A DNA stretch of 64,000 nt. It comes from Candidatus Tagabacteria bacterium (GTDB taxonomy: Bacteria; Patescibacteriota; Minisyncoccia; GCA-002779875). Numbering within the stretch: position 1 is the first letter of the stretch; every line of letters begins with the position of its first letter. Under the pieces are notes generated by a model. The model had not been told where the DNA came from, ran no database searches, and saw only the letters and a list, made by a program, of their open reading frames with translations. The stretch covers positions 113,071 to 177,070 of the forward strand of contig CAWGAO010000007.1 in assembly GCA_963820595.1 (NCBI GenBank), written 5' to 3'. The position numbers were made by a program, and so were the translations under genes. Positions 19,464-29,272 of the stretch are shown one piece after another.

Positions 19464-20747
19464 ATGAGTCTGTTATTAGGTAAAATATGCATTAGCGATG
19501 TCCAATTTTCCAGAAAGAACGGCATAAAAGACGGCATCCTTTTCATTAAAAAAGAGGATTTGATAAAAAGGGTTTCCTTTGAAGACCCAAGATTAAATTC
19601 CGTGCGAATAGAAATCGCGAGGCCCGGAGAAAAAACGAGAATTATTCCGGTAAAAGACATCATAGAGCCGAGAATCAATCTGACGGCAAAAAATAGTTAT
19701 TTTCCGGGAGTTCTTACGCCGCCAAAAAAAGTTGACCGCGGAAGAACCAACGCCCTTAAAGGAATTTCTGTTGTCACCTGCGGACAGATTATCGGAGCCC
19801 AGGAAGGAATACTGGATATGAGCGGCCCGGGAGCCGAATACTCTCTTTTTTCGAAATTGATAAATATCGTTGTCACGGCCGATGTTGTTAAGGATTTGGA
19901 AAAACATCAGCATGAAGAAGTTTTAAGGCTGCTCGGCTTAAGAACGGCTGCCTTCATCAGCGAAATTGCAAAAAAAACAGAACCGGATGAATTGGAAATA
20001 TTCGAAAAAATAAATCCGGCGGAAAAACATTATTGCGAATTGCCCAGGATTGTTTATATCTACCCACTTCTAAGCCAAGGGTTGCTCCATGATACTTATG
20101 TTTACGGAGTGAACTCCCAAACAATGGACCCCGTCTTCATCCAGCCGATAGAAATCATGAACGGAGCCGTTGTCAGCGGAAATTGCGTTTCCGCGTGTGA
20201 TAAAAACGTAACTTATCACCATCAGAATAACGCAGTTATCCGCGAGCTTTACAAAGCCCACAGGAAAAAAATAAATTTTTCCGCCGTCATTCTGACGCCC
20301 TTAAAAACTTCCCAAGGCGAGAAAGATTTATGCGCCCAAAAAACCGCCGACTTAATCGCTCTTATCCGACCCGATGGCGTAATCCTCTCGAAAGAAGGAT
20401 TCGGCAATCCGGACGCGGATTTTATGTCCATCGTATCAAAAGTTGAAGAGATGGGCGTAAAAACCGTCGGCATAGTCGATGAATTCGCCGGAAGTGACGG
20501 CGCTTCACAGTCTTTGGCGGACAGCCATCCGTCGGCAGATGCCATCATTTCCGTAGGCAACGCCAATGAATTGATTATTCTTCCGCCTATGGAAAAAACC
20601 ATCGGCGATGCGAGTTTACTTACCAATCTGGCGGGCGGCTATCCGAAAAGCTTAAAGCCGGACGGAAGCATAGAGATAGAATTACAGGCGATTATCGGCG
20701 CCACCAATCAGCTGGGATCCGAAAGACTTTCGGCAAAAGAGGAATAA
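19464..20747 (+). CDS. grdE: glycine reductase complex component B, GrdE proprotein (alpha/beta subunits)
   Basis: ARPGEKTRIIPVKDIIEPR...QEGILDMSGPGAEYSLFSK...HQHEEVLRLLGL parallels clostridial GrdE. The start is the ATG at 19464, behind GGAGG. Confidence 0.9.
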   Translation: MSLLLGKICISDVQFSRKNGIKDGILFIKKEDLIKRVSFEDPRLNSVRIEIARPGEKTRIIPVKDIIEPRINLTAKNSYFPGVLTPPKKVDRGRTNALKGISVVTCGQIIGAQEGILDMSGPGAEYSLFSKLINIVVTADVVKDLEKHQHEEVLRLLGLRTAAFISEIAKKTEPDELEIFEKINPAEKHYCELPRIVYIYPLLSQGLLHDTYVYGVNSQTMDPVFIQPIEIMNGAVVSGNCVSACDKNVTYHHQNNAVIRELYKAHRKKINFSAVILTPLKTSQGEKDLCAQKTADLIALIRPDGVILSKEGFGNPDADFMSIVSKVEEMGVKTVGIVDEFAGSDGASQSLADSHPSADAIISVGNANELIILPPMEKTIGDASLLTNLAGGYPKSLKPDGSIEIELQAIIGATNQLGSERLSAKEE

Positions 20748-20748
20748 A

Positions 20749-22062
20749 ATGGAAAAGAAAAAATTCACCGTTGTTCATTATCTGAACCAGTTCTTCGGCG
20801 GAATCGGCGGCGAAGACAAAGCCGATTTTGCTCCTGCTTACGCGGACGGCCCCAAAGGACCGGGAATCGCGCTCCAAAAACTTTTTGCCGAACAGGCGGA
20901 AATTACAGCCACGATTATCTGCGGCGACAATTATTTCGCCGAGCATGCGGAAAAAAGTCTTGAGGAAATTATTTTTCTGACACGGAGCTTTAAACCGGAT
21001 TTGGTTATCGCCGGACCGGCGTTCAATGCGGGACGATACGGCATGGCTTGCGCCGAAGTTTGCAAAGCGGTAGGCGAAAAATTGAAAATACCTGCGATTA
21101 CCGCCCTATCTCCTGAAAATCCGGCAGTGGAAATTTATAAAAAGTCCGTCTTTTTTATCGTTCCGACAAGAAATTCCGTAGTCGGGATGAACGATGCTTT
21201 AAAGGGCATGACTCGTCTTTCACTTAAACTTCTTAATAATGAAACATTGGGTCCTGCCGGGGAAGAAGGCTATATTCCGAAGGGGTTAAGAAAAAATTGT
21301 TTCGTTGAAAAAACCGGCGCCGAAAGAGCGGTTGAAATGCTGATTGAAAAAATCAGCGGCGGCAAAATTAAAACCGAACTTACGTTGCCCGTCTTTGATA
21401 AAGTCAAACCCCTTCCTCCGCTCGAAGATTTGTCGAAAATAAAATTATGCCTGATAACCTCGGGCGGGATAGTGCCCAAAGGCAATCCCGACATGATTTC
21501 TTCTTCGAGCGCTTCCAGGTTTGGAAAATATAGCATTGAAGGATTGGAAACCATTTCCAGTTTGACGCATCAAACATGCCACGGCGGTTATGACCAGACT
21601 TACGCCAACGAAAATCCGAACAGAGTTCTGCCGCTCGATGTGATGCGGGATTTGGAGCGCGAAGGAATAATCGGCAAACTTCATGATTTTTACTACGCCA
21701 CTGTGGGCAATGGCACTTCGGTAGCCAATGCGAGAAAATTTGCCCAGGAAATTGCGGCCGAACTCAAAGAAGCCCAGGTCTCCGCGGTGATTCTCACGTC
21801 CACATGAGGAACATGTACTCGTTGCGGGGCAACGATGGCGAAAGAATTGGAAAAAAATGGAATCGTTACGGTTCATATCTGCACCATTGTTAAAATTTCG
21901 AAAACGGTTGGCGCGCCAAGAATTGTGCCAGCCGTAGCAATTCCCCATCCCCTGGGGAATCCGAAAATTTCCGAAAGCGAGGAAAAAAATCTTCGCCGGA
22001 AAATCGTGGAAAAAGCGCTTCTTGCTCTTGCCACAAAAACAGAAGAACAAACAATATTTTAA
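20749..22062 (+). CDS. grdB: glycine reductase selenoprotein B (component B gamma), with TGA 21805-21807 read as selenocysteine
   Basis: ORFs 20749..21807 and 21835..22062 are in the same frame. The junction reads AVILTST-U-GTCTRCGATMAKE..., the conserved GrdB Sec site. The joined length is 437 aa. Confidence 0.9.
21819..21835 (+). promoter_or_regulatory. Candidate SECIS hairpin of grdB
   Basis: Stem TCGTTGC/GCAACGA with a GGG loop, starting 11 nt after the UGA. Confidence 0.55.
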
Positions 22063-22082
22063 AACAACATCTCGAAAATGAA

Positions 22083-22105
22083 AGTCCGGGCAACCGGACT
22101 TTTTA
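22083..22105 (+). terminator. Rho-independent terminator after grdB
   Basis: AGTCCGG GCAA CCGGACT followed by TTTTT. Confidence 0.6.
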
Positions 22106-22299
22106 ATTGGCCTGTTGACTTTTGAATATCAAATTGCTATGAATCAAAAAAAGAATAATCTGCGTCTTTTAAAATCCACTGAAGTTAAAAATCTCTAAAA
22201 ATCCCTAAACAGACAATCTCTGTTGTAGGAAAAAGGTCGATAGAGATTAAGAACAGTTATTAACTAAATATTATTAATTAATACAATATAAAAACTATT

Positions 22300-23325
22300 A
22301 TGAAAAACTTAATAATTTTGGTTTTAATAGTAATTTCTTTTTTAGGTATCCGTATAGCGAAAGCAGATACGCTGCCAGTTTATCTGAGTAATAATAATCA
22401 ATATCTCAACTATACGCAACAAGGGTATAATGGCTGTGTCTTTATAAATGATGTTTTTTTTCATCAGACAAGTCATTTAACTTCAACCGGTTACCTCATA
22501 ATTTTTCCTGGAACAACTGATTATACGCTTCAAGGAGGAGGCACTTATACTACTAGTTTTGTGAATGGCGATAAAGTTACTATTACTCTTATAACCGGAG
22601 GAATTGGAGTACAACACGGCTGTTCAGGCACTTTGGCCGGCGACGAAGCTAATCCTTATTTTTACCAAAAATACGATTTTTGGAATGACAATAGGGTAGC
22701 TTGGAGTACTATGCCGCCCCCATCCACTAACGTAACAAGCAGTTCCGCCTCCTCTAATTTCCAGCAGATAATCCATGGAGCCAGCAATCTTATGGCAGCC
22801 ATCGTTGACGCTTCCTATGTTCCGGTTGCCAATCCTTCAATAGTAATGAGTCCGGTTACTCAAGGTTTATCCTGCCAGACATCCACCGGCAATTTCGGCA
22901 CCGCCACTCAACAAATTTACGTTAAAAATATCGAAGCCGCAGATAGCGGTTGGACTTTGACGCTCGCGGGAACAGCTACTTCCTCCGCCTGGACCAGTTC
23001 CAGCGCAAATGCAAACTACAGTTTCAACAATCCCGACGGTTCAGGCTGCACTCACGGCCAGATGACCGTTAATCCTTCTGTCGGAACACTAAGCATTGGC
23101 CAATGCCAGAGCGGCTGTTCTATCAACCATCTTAGTTTGGGCAATCCTGTCGCCTTTAGCAGAGGTTTAACAGACAGCATTACCCTGCTTTCGGCAACAG
23201 CTGACGCCGACCACATCGGCGATTGGGCCCTGAAAAATGTTTCCATCAGCCAGAATATCCCGGCAGGTCAGGCAGTAGCGGATGATTACAATATCAATAT
23301 GGTGCTCACGGTTACCGCTTATTAA
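22300..23325 (+). CDS. secreted surface protein, WxL-domain-like C-terminus
   Basis: Has a signal peptide. The C-terminal region carries DSGWTLTL and a later ...IPAGQAVADDYNINMVLTVT segment, arranged like WxL domains. Confidence 0.5.
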   Translation: MKNLIILVLIVISFLGIRIAKADTLPVYLSNNNQYLNYTQQGYNGCVFINDVFFHQTSHLTSTGYLIIFPGTTDYTLQGGGTYTTSFVNGDKVTITLITGGIGVQHGCSGTLAGDEANPYFYQKYDFWNDNRVAWSTMPPPSTNVTSSSASSNFQQIIHGASNLMAAIVDASYVPVANPSIVMSPVTQGLSCQTSTGNFGTATQQIYVKNIEAADSGWTLTLAGTATSSAWTSSSANANYSFNNPDGSGCTHGQMTVNPSVGTLSIGQCQSGCSINHLSLGNPVAFSRGLTDSITLLSATADADHIGDWALKNVSISQNIPAGQAVADDYNINMVLTVTAY

Positions 23326-23415
23326 GCTTGACTTCCATCAGTTGCCCGGCTATCCGGGTAACTGATGAGGAGAATATTAAAAGAATTAAGAAAAGAGATT
23401 AAAAGAAAAAACAAA

Positions 23416-24599
23416 ATGAATAAAAAAATCTTATCTTCGAAAAGAAAAAGGTTCAGTTTAAATTATGGCATTGGTTTAATTTTAATAATCCTATCGGGTA
23501 TCGCGATTTTAACTAACAACGCTTTGGCCGTTGAATACGGCGGCATCGGCGGCAAGCCGGCTTATCCGCGTTCAGATAATCCGAGAACCAAATCCATTTT
23601 TGTTTACACTCTTGAGCCGGGCGCTGTTCAAAAAGACGGCGTTTTATTGATGAACAACGCGAACGAAACAAAAACGCTTTTATTGGACGCCGTTGATTCA
23701 ATGATTTCTTCCGGCGGCGCTTTTGCGTGCCGGCAATCGGGTGAACCCAAAAGTGATGTCGGCAGCTGGATTACGCTTGCCAAATCAGAAGCAGCGCTTG
23801 CTTCAGCCGCCACTAAAATCATTCCTTTTACGATTAACGTTCCTCAAAATGCCGATGTCGGCGAACATGACGGCTGTATTATCATTCAAGAGAAAAAAGA
23901 ACCCACATCGGTCCAATCCGGCGTGACGCTTTCTTTTCGAACCGGTATCAGGGTAGCTATTACCATCCCGGGAGAAATTACTAAAAACTCGAAACCACCG
24001 GCTTGAAAATAGGGCGAGACGCAAGAAGCGGTGGCGGTCTTTTATTGCAACCCTCGGTTAAAAATCTTGGTAATGTTTCGGTTGACGCCGACGTTCAAGT
24101 GGTTACCAGCGACTTTTCGGGTTTGCTGTTTCATGCCCAAAGCACCGGCAAATTCCCCGTTTTACGGGGCGCAACATCGGATTTGAGTTTTGAACTGGAA
24201 AAACCGTTTTGGGGCGGTTTGTATCGCTCAAGTTTTACCGTATCGTATGACGCAACGCCGTCAGCAGAAATCGGGAAAGAAACAAATCAGCCAAAAACCA
24301 CAGTGCAAAGCGCTTCGGTTTGGTTTTTCAGTTTCCCGATGCCGCTGGCTTTAGTAATCGAACTCGCGGTTATATGCCTGATTGTCTTTTTGGGATTTCT
24401 TTTCTATTCTGGCCGAAAACGCCGGAAATGGATAATGGAAAGCTGGATAGAATACGAAGTGAAAGCAAGCGATGATATTAAAACTATTGCCGAAAAATTC
24501 GATGTTTCCTGGAAATTACTTATCAAAGCAAATAAAATCAAGCCGCCTTATAGAGTTAAAGCAGGAGAGGTGATTAAGGTGCCGCCGACGAAAAATTAG
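23416..24599 (+). CDS. cell-surface protein (DUF916/DUF3324-like) with a TM anchor and C-terminal LysM; frame break in an A run at 23983-23987
   Basis: 23365..24006 (signal peptide, YPRSDNPRTKSIFVYTLEPGAVQKD) and 24003..24599 (LLLQPSVKNLGNVSVD..., TM helix, LysM-like DIKTIAEKFDVSWKLLIKANKI) join if AAAAA is read as AAAAAA. Confidence 0.6.
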
Positions 24600-24733
24600 A
24601 TACAAAACCGGAATTGATTTTTATCGTATTATTCTTGATAATCATTCGAGCTTTCTCCGTTTACTTTACCTTGAGTCAAAAATAATTTAAAATCAGAGAG
24701 GGAAAACCATTATTCAATAATACCGGTCTTGCA

Positions 24734-26200
24734 ATGATATCAACCCTGCGTCAAAAGTGGAAAATTTCGCTGCTGTTGTTTTTATTGCTGGCAACTTTTT
24801 TTATTTTCCTCTTTAGGCTCGGTCATTTCGCCTTGTTTGATTACGATGAGGCGACATACGCCCGCGTAACGCAGGAAAGCATGCAGCGCGGCGATATTTT
24901 ATCCTTTCAATACTTTGGCAATAATTGGTTTGAAAAGCCGCCGTTATATTTTTGGCTGGCGATGGCCAGCGTTAAGATTTTTGGGTTTAACGAATTTGCG
25001 CTGCGTCTGCCGTCCGCCTTATCGGGCGTGCTGGCGGTTTTACTGGTTTGGCTGATGACCTGGTATCTAACGAAGCGATATTGGACAGCTTTTTTCGCCA
25101 GCGCCATTCTGCTGTTTACCGGCGAATTTGTTTTTGCCAGCCGTCAATTCCGGACGGATGTACCGGTGACAGCTTCAATTCTCGCTGCAGTTTATTTTTT
25201 CATCCGCGGTTGGGACGAAAGAAAATGGTATTTGGGGTTTGGAATGGTTTTGGCGACCGGAGTCCTTTTTAAGAACATTATCGGTTTTTTTGCTTTACCG
25301 ATTGCTTTTATTTTCTGTTTGGTTTACAAAAAATGGGATTGGCTTAAAAATTCGTATTTTTGGATGGGCACGGCGCTGGCTGTTGTTCTAGTAGCGCCAT
25401 GGCATATTTACGAGTCAATAAAATTCGGAAAAACTTTTTGGGAAATATATGCCGGCTATCATCTTTTTCAGCGATTTATCAGGCCGATTGTAGGCGGGGG
25501 AGTAAGCACATGGTCTTATATTGTTTTTCTTTTTAGGTTTGCGGAGCCGTGGATTGTAGTTTTTATCATAGCGGTCATTTGGCTCTTTTTAAAATACAAG
25601 GGCAGGATTTACAGGGGCGATAAACTATCCTTGGCGTCTTTAGGCGCAATTTTATTTATTTTTTTAACCTTTGCGGTTGCGCGCACGAAGATATTTTATT
25701 ATCTGGAACCCGTATATCCCTTTATGGCGATGTTTTTGGCTTCGACTGCTGTTCTGTTTTATGAATCAATTGCTCCGTCTATAAAAAAATCGATTTCAAT
25801 ATCAAAAACCGATATTAAGGCAGGATTAATATTTTTAACGGTTATTTTATTTTCATGGGGTGCGGCCAGCACTTTCTGGCAGTCATTTGGCGATCGCATC
25901 GGCCAATATGCTATTGCAGCAGAGGAAAAGAAAGTGGGGCAGTATATAGCTTCCCAGCACGATTCTCAAAAAATATATACGCTTAACTGGCTTTGGTTGG
26001 AAACGGTAAGATTTTATAGCGAGAAGACAATCGCTCAAGCCGATGAATCAAAAATTGAAGCAGGCTCTTTCTACTTAATTATGCCCACAGATCTCATTAA
26101 ACTATACAATCCATCAAAAGAATTTCAAAAAAGGGCACGCCTTATTTTTCAAGGAGAGAATATAAGTCTTTATCAATTTGAGAAAAAATTTCTTCAGTGA
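24734..26200 (+). CDS. GT39/ArnT-like membrane glycosyltransferase (PMT_2 family)
   Basis: 488 aa, polytopic, with an N-terminal DYDEATY motif and the FEKPPL loop typical of ArnT/PMT-type transferases. Confidence 0.85.
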   Translation: MISTLRQKWKISLLLFLLLATFFIFLFRLGHFALFDYDEATYARVTQESMQRGDILSFQYFGNNWFEKPPLYFWLAMASVKIFGFNEFALRLPSALSGVLAVLLVWLMTWYLTKRYWTAFFASAILLFTGEFVFASRQFRTDVPVTASILAAVYFFIRGWDERKWYLGFGMVLATGVLFKNIIGFFALPIAFIFCLVYKKWDWLKNSYFWMGTALAVVLVAPWHIYESIKFGKTFWEIYAGYHLFQRFIRPIVGGGVSTWSYIVFLFRFAEPWIVVFIIAVIWLFLKYKGRIYRGDKLSLASLGAILFIFLTFAVARTKIFYYLEPVYPFMAMFLASTAVLFYESIAPSIKKSISISKTDIKAGLIFLTVILFSWGAASTFWQSFGDRIGQYAIAAEEKKVGQYIASQHDSQKIYTLNWLWLETVRFYSEKTIAQADESKIEAGSFYLIMPTDLIKLYNPSKEFQKRARLIFQGENISLYQFEKKFLQ

Positions 26201-26316
26201 ACATTAGAACTCTATACCACAATCCCCTAGCTCTATGCGTCTTGCAAATAGCGGAAAGTCGTGCTATTTTCCAGTTGTAAAAGTTCTTCGAAAACCGAAT
26301 AAAATGGGGTATAAAA

Positions 26317-26625
26317 ATGATTAAAGAGATAACCCAAGAGGCTTTTGAGCAAGAAGTGCTTAAAGAACAAGGGCTCGTTCTTCTCGATTTCTGGGGGCCG
26401 CAATGCGCAATATGTAAGGCTTTGGAGCCGAAAATAGAAAAACTGGGAGAAGATTATCCCGAATTGAAAGTGGTAAAGATGAACATCGTCGGCAACAGAA
26501 AATTCTGCATGGCTCTGCATGTGATGAGCCTACCCACTTTCATTTTTTACAAAAATGGCCAGCTGCTGAAGGCTTTCGTTATGCCCGAAGCCGCGAAATA
26601 TTTCGGGGTTGGAAAAATTCATTAA
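26317..26625 (+). CDS. thioredoxin-fold protein (CxxC = CAIC)
   Basis: LLDFWGPQCAICKAL...LPTFIFYKNG matches the thioredoxin pattern. It lies directly upstream of grdC. Confidence 0.8.
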   Translation: MIKEITQEAFEQEVLKEQGLVLLDFWGPQCAICKALEPKIEKLGEDYPELKVVKMNIVGNRKFCMALHVMSLPTFIFYKNGQLLKAFVMPEAAKYFGVGKIH

Positions 26626-26668
26626 AGAAAACATTCCCATTCCCAAAAAACAACAGAATCCCTGTGCG

Positions 26669-28195
26669 ATGAATCCGGTCATAAAGGCGAGTGCTCAAAT
26701 ATTGATTCACTCGCCGGATTTCGTGCGATACGGCTCCAAACCATATCGCGAGATAGAAAAATACAAACCCAAAGAAAGAGGCTGGTGGGAAAAAATCCTA
26801 AACTGGCTGCGATTGAATCGCATTAACGAGGAGGAACGACCTTTAGAAATTATCGGAAAATACCTGCGTTCATTCGCCGAAGCGGTTGTCTATCCTCCAA
26901 ATCAGGCTTTTATAGGAAACATCGACCCCGAGGAATTAAGAAATCTGGCTTCGCCTTGGCTTGAAAGTAAAACTTCTCTTGGCCCTTCCGGTAAATTCGG
27001 CGAAATATTGTCGGAAGAAGAATTCTATATCGCTTTGAAAATCGCCGACGCTTATGACGTAATTTGGCTTGAGGAATCATTTGTTAGCCAAGCAAAATGC
27101 CAGCCTTGGTATCAAAAGATTCCCGATTCAGAATCCCAAAAAATAGGAAACGGAAAACCGATAAAGGAGATTGAGAACGAGCTGGGACGCGGAAAATATT
27201 GGACATTACCGCTTTTTCACAAAGGAAAACTTGTCGGCTGTTTCAGAAGAGCGCCGGATGATCATGCAATCGAAGATGATAACCTCGGACCGCACCTGAT
27301 GATGGAAGATTTAATTACAAAAGCTTCGGGCGCGCTCGCTCTCGAAAAACTTCTTGAACAGGCAAAACTGGCGGCTACCGACATAGATTTTGTGATAAGC
27401 GGTTCCGAAGAAGCCATAGGCGATCGTTACAATCGCGGCGGCGGCAGTATGGCCAAAGCCATTGCGGAAGTATGCGGCTGCGAAAACGCCACCGGCCCCG
27501 ATGTCAAAGCATTCTGCGCCGGCCCGATATACGCCGCAATACTCGGCGCGAGTCTGGTTAAAGCCGGAGTATGCAAAAATGTGGCAATAGTCGGAGGCGG
27601 CTGCCTGGCAAAAATAGGAATGAAATACCAGGGCCATGTTGCGGCAAATATGCCGATACTTGAAGACATGCTCGGCTCGATAGCATTTTTGATTTCCGAA
27701 AACGATTTCGAAAGTCCGGTTATAAGACTGGATTCTATCGGAAAATGCGATATAAAAAACGGCACAAGTCAGCAGGCTGTCATGGAATCGTTGACCTTGA
27801 ATCCTCTGAAAAAATTGGGTATGAAGTTGAGCGATGTCGATAAATTCGCCGTAGAACTTCATAATCCCGAAATCACGATTCCTTCGAAGACGGGCGATGT
27901 GCCGAGAAAGAATTACGAAATGATCGCCGCGTTGGCGGTAAAAAATAAAGAGATAACCAGAGACCAATTCGAAGATTTCATAAAATCGCACGGCATGCCC
28001 GGTTTCGCGCCGACTCAAGGTCACATACCGGCGGGAATCCCTTTTTTAGGACACGCCATCAGTCAAATAAAAAACGGCAAAATAAAAAACGCAATGTTTA
28101 TCGCGCGAGGCAGTCTATTTTTAGGAAGAATGTCCCATCTATATGACGGAGCCTCATTCTTACTGGAACAGAATAAAGAGCATAAATCCGAATAA
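26669..28195 (+). CDS. grdC: glycine reductase complex component C, beta subunit-like
   Basis: MNPVIKASAQILIHSPDFV..., SEEAIGDRYNRGGGSMAKA, KAFCAGP, MPGFAPTQGHIPAG and SLFLGRM resemble GrdC as I recall it. 508 aa from the ATG at 26669; the track start at 26609 is an upstream TTG. Confidence 0.7.
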   Translation: MNPVIKASAQILIHSPDFVRYGSKPYREIEKYKPKERGWWEKILNWLRLNRINEEERPLEIIGKYLRSFAEAVVYPPNQAFIGNIDPEELRNLASPWLESKTSLGPSGKFGEILSEEEFYIALKIADAYDVIWLEESFVSQAKCQPWYQKIPDSESQKIGNGKPIKEIENELGRGKYWTLPLFHKGKLVGCFRRAPDDHAIEDDNLGPHLMMEDLITKASGALALEKLLEQAKLAATDIDFVISGSEEAIGDRYNRGGGSMAKAIAEVCGCENATGPDVKAFCAGPIYAAILGASLVKAGVCKNVAIVGGGCLAKIGMKYQGHVAANMPILEDMLGSIAFLISENDFESPVIRLDSIGKCDIKNGTSQQAVMESLTLNPLKKLGMKLSDVDKFAVELHNPEITIPSKTGDVPRKNYEMIAALAVKNKEITRDQFEDFIKSHGMPGFAPTQGHIPAGIPFLGHAISQIKNGKIKNAMFIARGSLFLGRMSHLYDGASFLLEQNKEHKSE

Positions 28196-28210
28196 TCGGG
28201 AGGTAAAAAA

Positions 28211-28687
28211 ATGTTAGAAATATTGGAAGGAAAGAAAATCGTAGTTTTAGGCGAAAGAGACGAAATTCCCGATATGGCCATCAAAGCCGTATTGAAGGCG
28301 GCCGGAGTGGAAGCCGAGAATGTCATCTACTCCGTGACGGAATGTTTCGTCTGAACTTCCGCCGGCGCAATGGATTTGCGTCAACAGGATATTATAAAAA
28401 ACCTGGCGGAAAAAAACGAGAAAAAATTAGCCGTCGTGCTTGGGTTTACCGACTTGGAACTCGTCGAAATCATCGCGGAAACGCTGACCTTGGGCGACCC
28501 GAGCGGAGCCGGTTCCCTGGCCGGAGTGCAATTGGGACTTAAAGTCTACCATATCCTGGAAGACGAATTCAAAAATAATGTCCCAGCCGACGTCTGGGAA
28601 GAACAAATGGGTCTGATGGAGACAATCGTCGGCCCGGAAAAAATCGAAGAAATTAACAAATTAATGAAAAAAATAAGAAACGAATAA
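28211..28687 (+). CDS. grdA: glycine reductase selenoprotein A, with TGA 28352-28354 read as selenocysteine
   Basis: My translation from the ATG at 28211 is MLEILEGKKIVVLGERDEIP...TECFV-U-TSAGAMDL..., which continues into track ORF 28370..28687 (GDPSGAGSLAGVQLGLKVYH). 158 aa, with the canonical GrdA CFVU site. Confidence 0.9.
28365..28381 (+). promoter_or_regulatory. Candidate SECIS hairpin of grdA
   Basis: GCGCAA UGGAU UUGCGU, starting 10 nt after the UGA. Confidence 0.5.
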
Positions 28688-28705
28688 AAAACTTAGGAAA
28701 CAAAT

Positions 28706-28738
28706 AAAAAAGCTATGGTTCGATAACCATAGCTTTTA
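28706..28738. terminator. Bidirectional terminator between grdA and the DUF35 gene
   Basis: Stem AGCTATGGTT/AACCATAGCT, flanked by an A run on the left and a T run on the right. The flanking genes converge on it. Confidence 0.6.
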
Positions 28739-28756
28739 ATTTTCTCTCAACTCTCT

Positions 28757-29242
28757 CTAGTTTTCGCTCTCTAGCGGAATCCAATAGAGGTCAAGGATTG
28801 TATTAGTGGGATTCTTTGTCCGGAATCCCGCCTTAACTTTCATTCCGATGTAGGGCTCGCCGTAAAGGAGATAGCCTTTCGGAATTGTCGCGAGTCCGGG
28901 AATCCTGACGTCAATTTGATAATACGGCAGGGATAATTCAATGCCCGTCCCCGCATACTCAACTTTGGTAAAAGTAAAAACTTCTCCGATAACCGGATTT
29001 GGCAATTGTTTCCATCGCATCCCGGCATGACAATCAGGACAATCGGCTCTGGGCGGAAGCCATAATCGCTTTTCTTCACATTCGGGATTAGGGCAATAAG
29101 TTGCAAAAAGTTTTCTTTTTTTTAATCCTAGGAAAAATTTCGAAAGAAGACCGTAAGTGTGATAATGAGTTATCGTTCTTGGCCACTCTATCACCGTCGG
29201 ATTTTCCTGAACGGTTGTTAACGGAGTCCCGACAAACTGCAC
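28757..29242 (-). CDS. DUF35 OB-fold/zinc-ribbon protein (thiolase partner)
   Basis: The ribbon CPNPECEEKRLWLPPRADCPDC is followed by an OB-fold region. It lies downstream of the thiolase. Confidence 0.8.
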   Translation of the reverse strand: MQFVGTPLTTVQENPTVIEWPRTITHYHTYGLLSKFFLGLKKRKLFATYCPNPECEEKRLWLPPRADCPDCHAGMRWKQLPNPVIGEVFTFTKVEYAGTGIELSLPYYQIDVRIPGLATIPKGYLLYGEPYIGMKVKAGFRTKNPTNTILDLYWIPLESEN

Positions 29243-29272
29243 TTTATGTTTTGATTTTTTCCCCTCTTCATC

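Noticed and set aside
16272-28354. Alternative genetic code (UGA as Gly or Trp) to explain the in-frame TGAs
   Set aside because: Long conserved genes such as rpoB, korA and kbl contain no in-frame TGA. TGA terminates ordinary ORFs such as 24734..26200. The two TGAs in grdA and grdB are exactly at known selenocysteine positions and have downstream hairpins. The other in-frame TGAs lie in a damaged gene or between genes.
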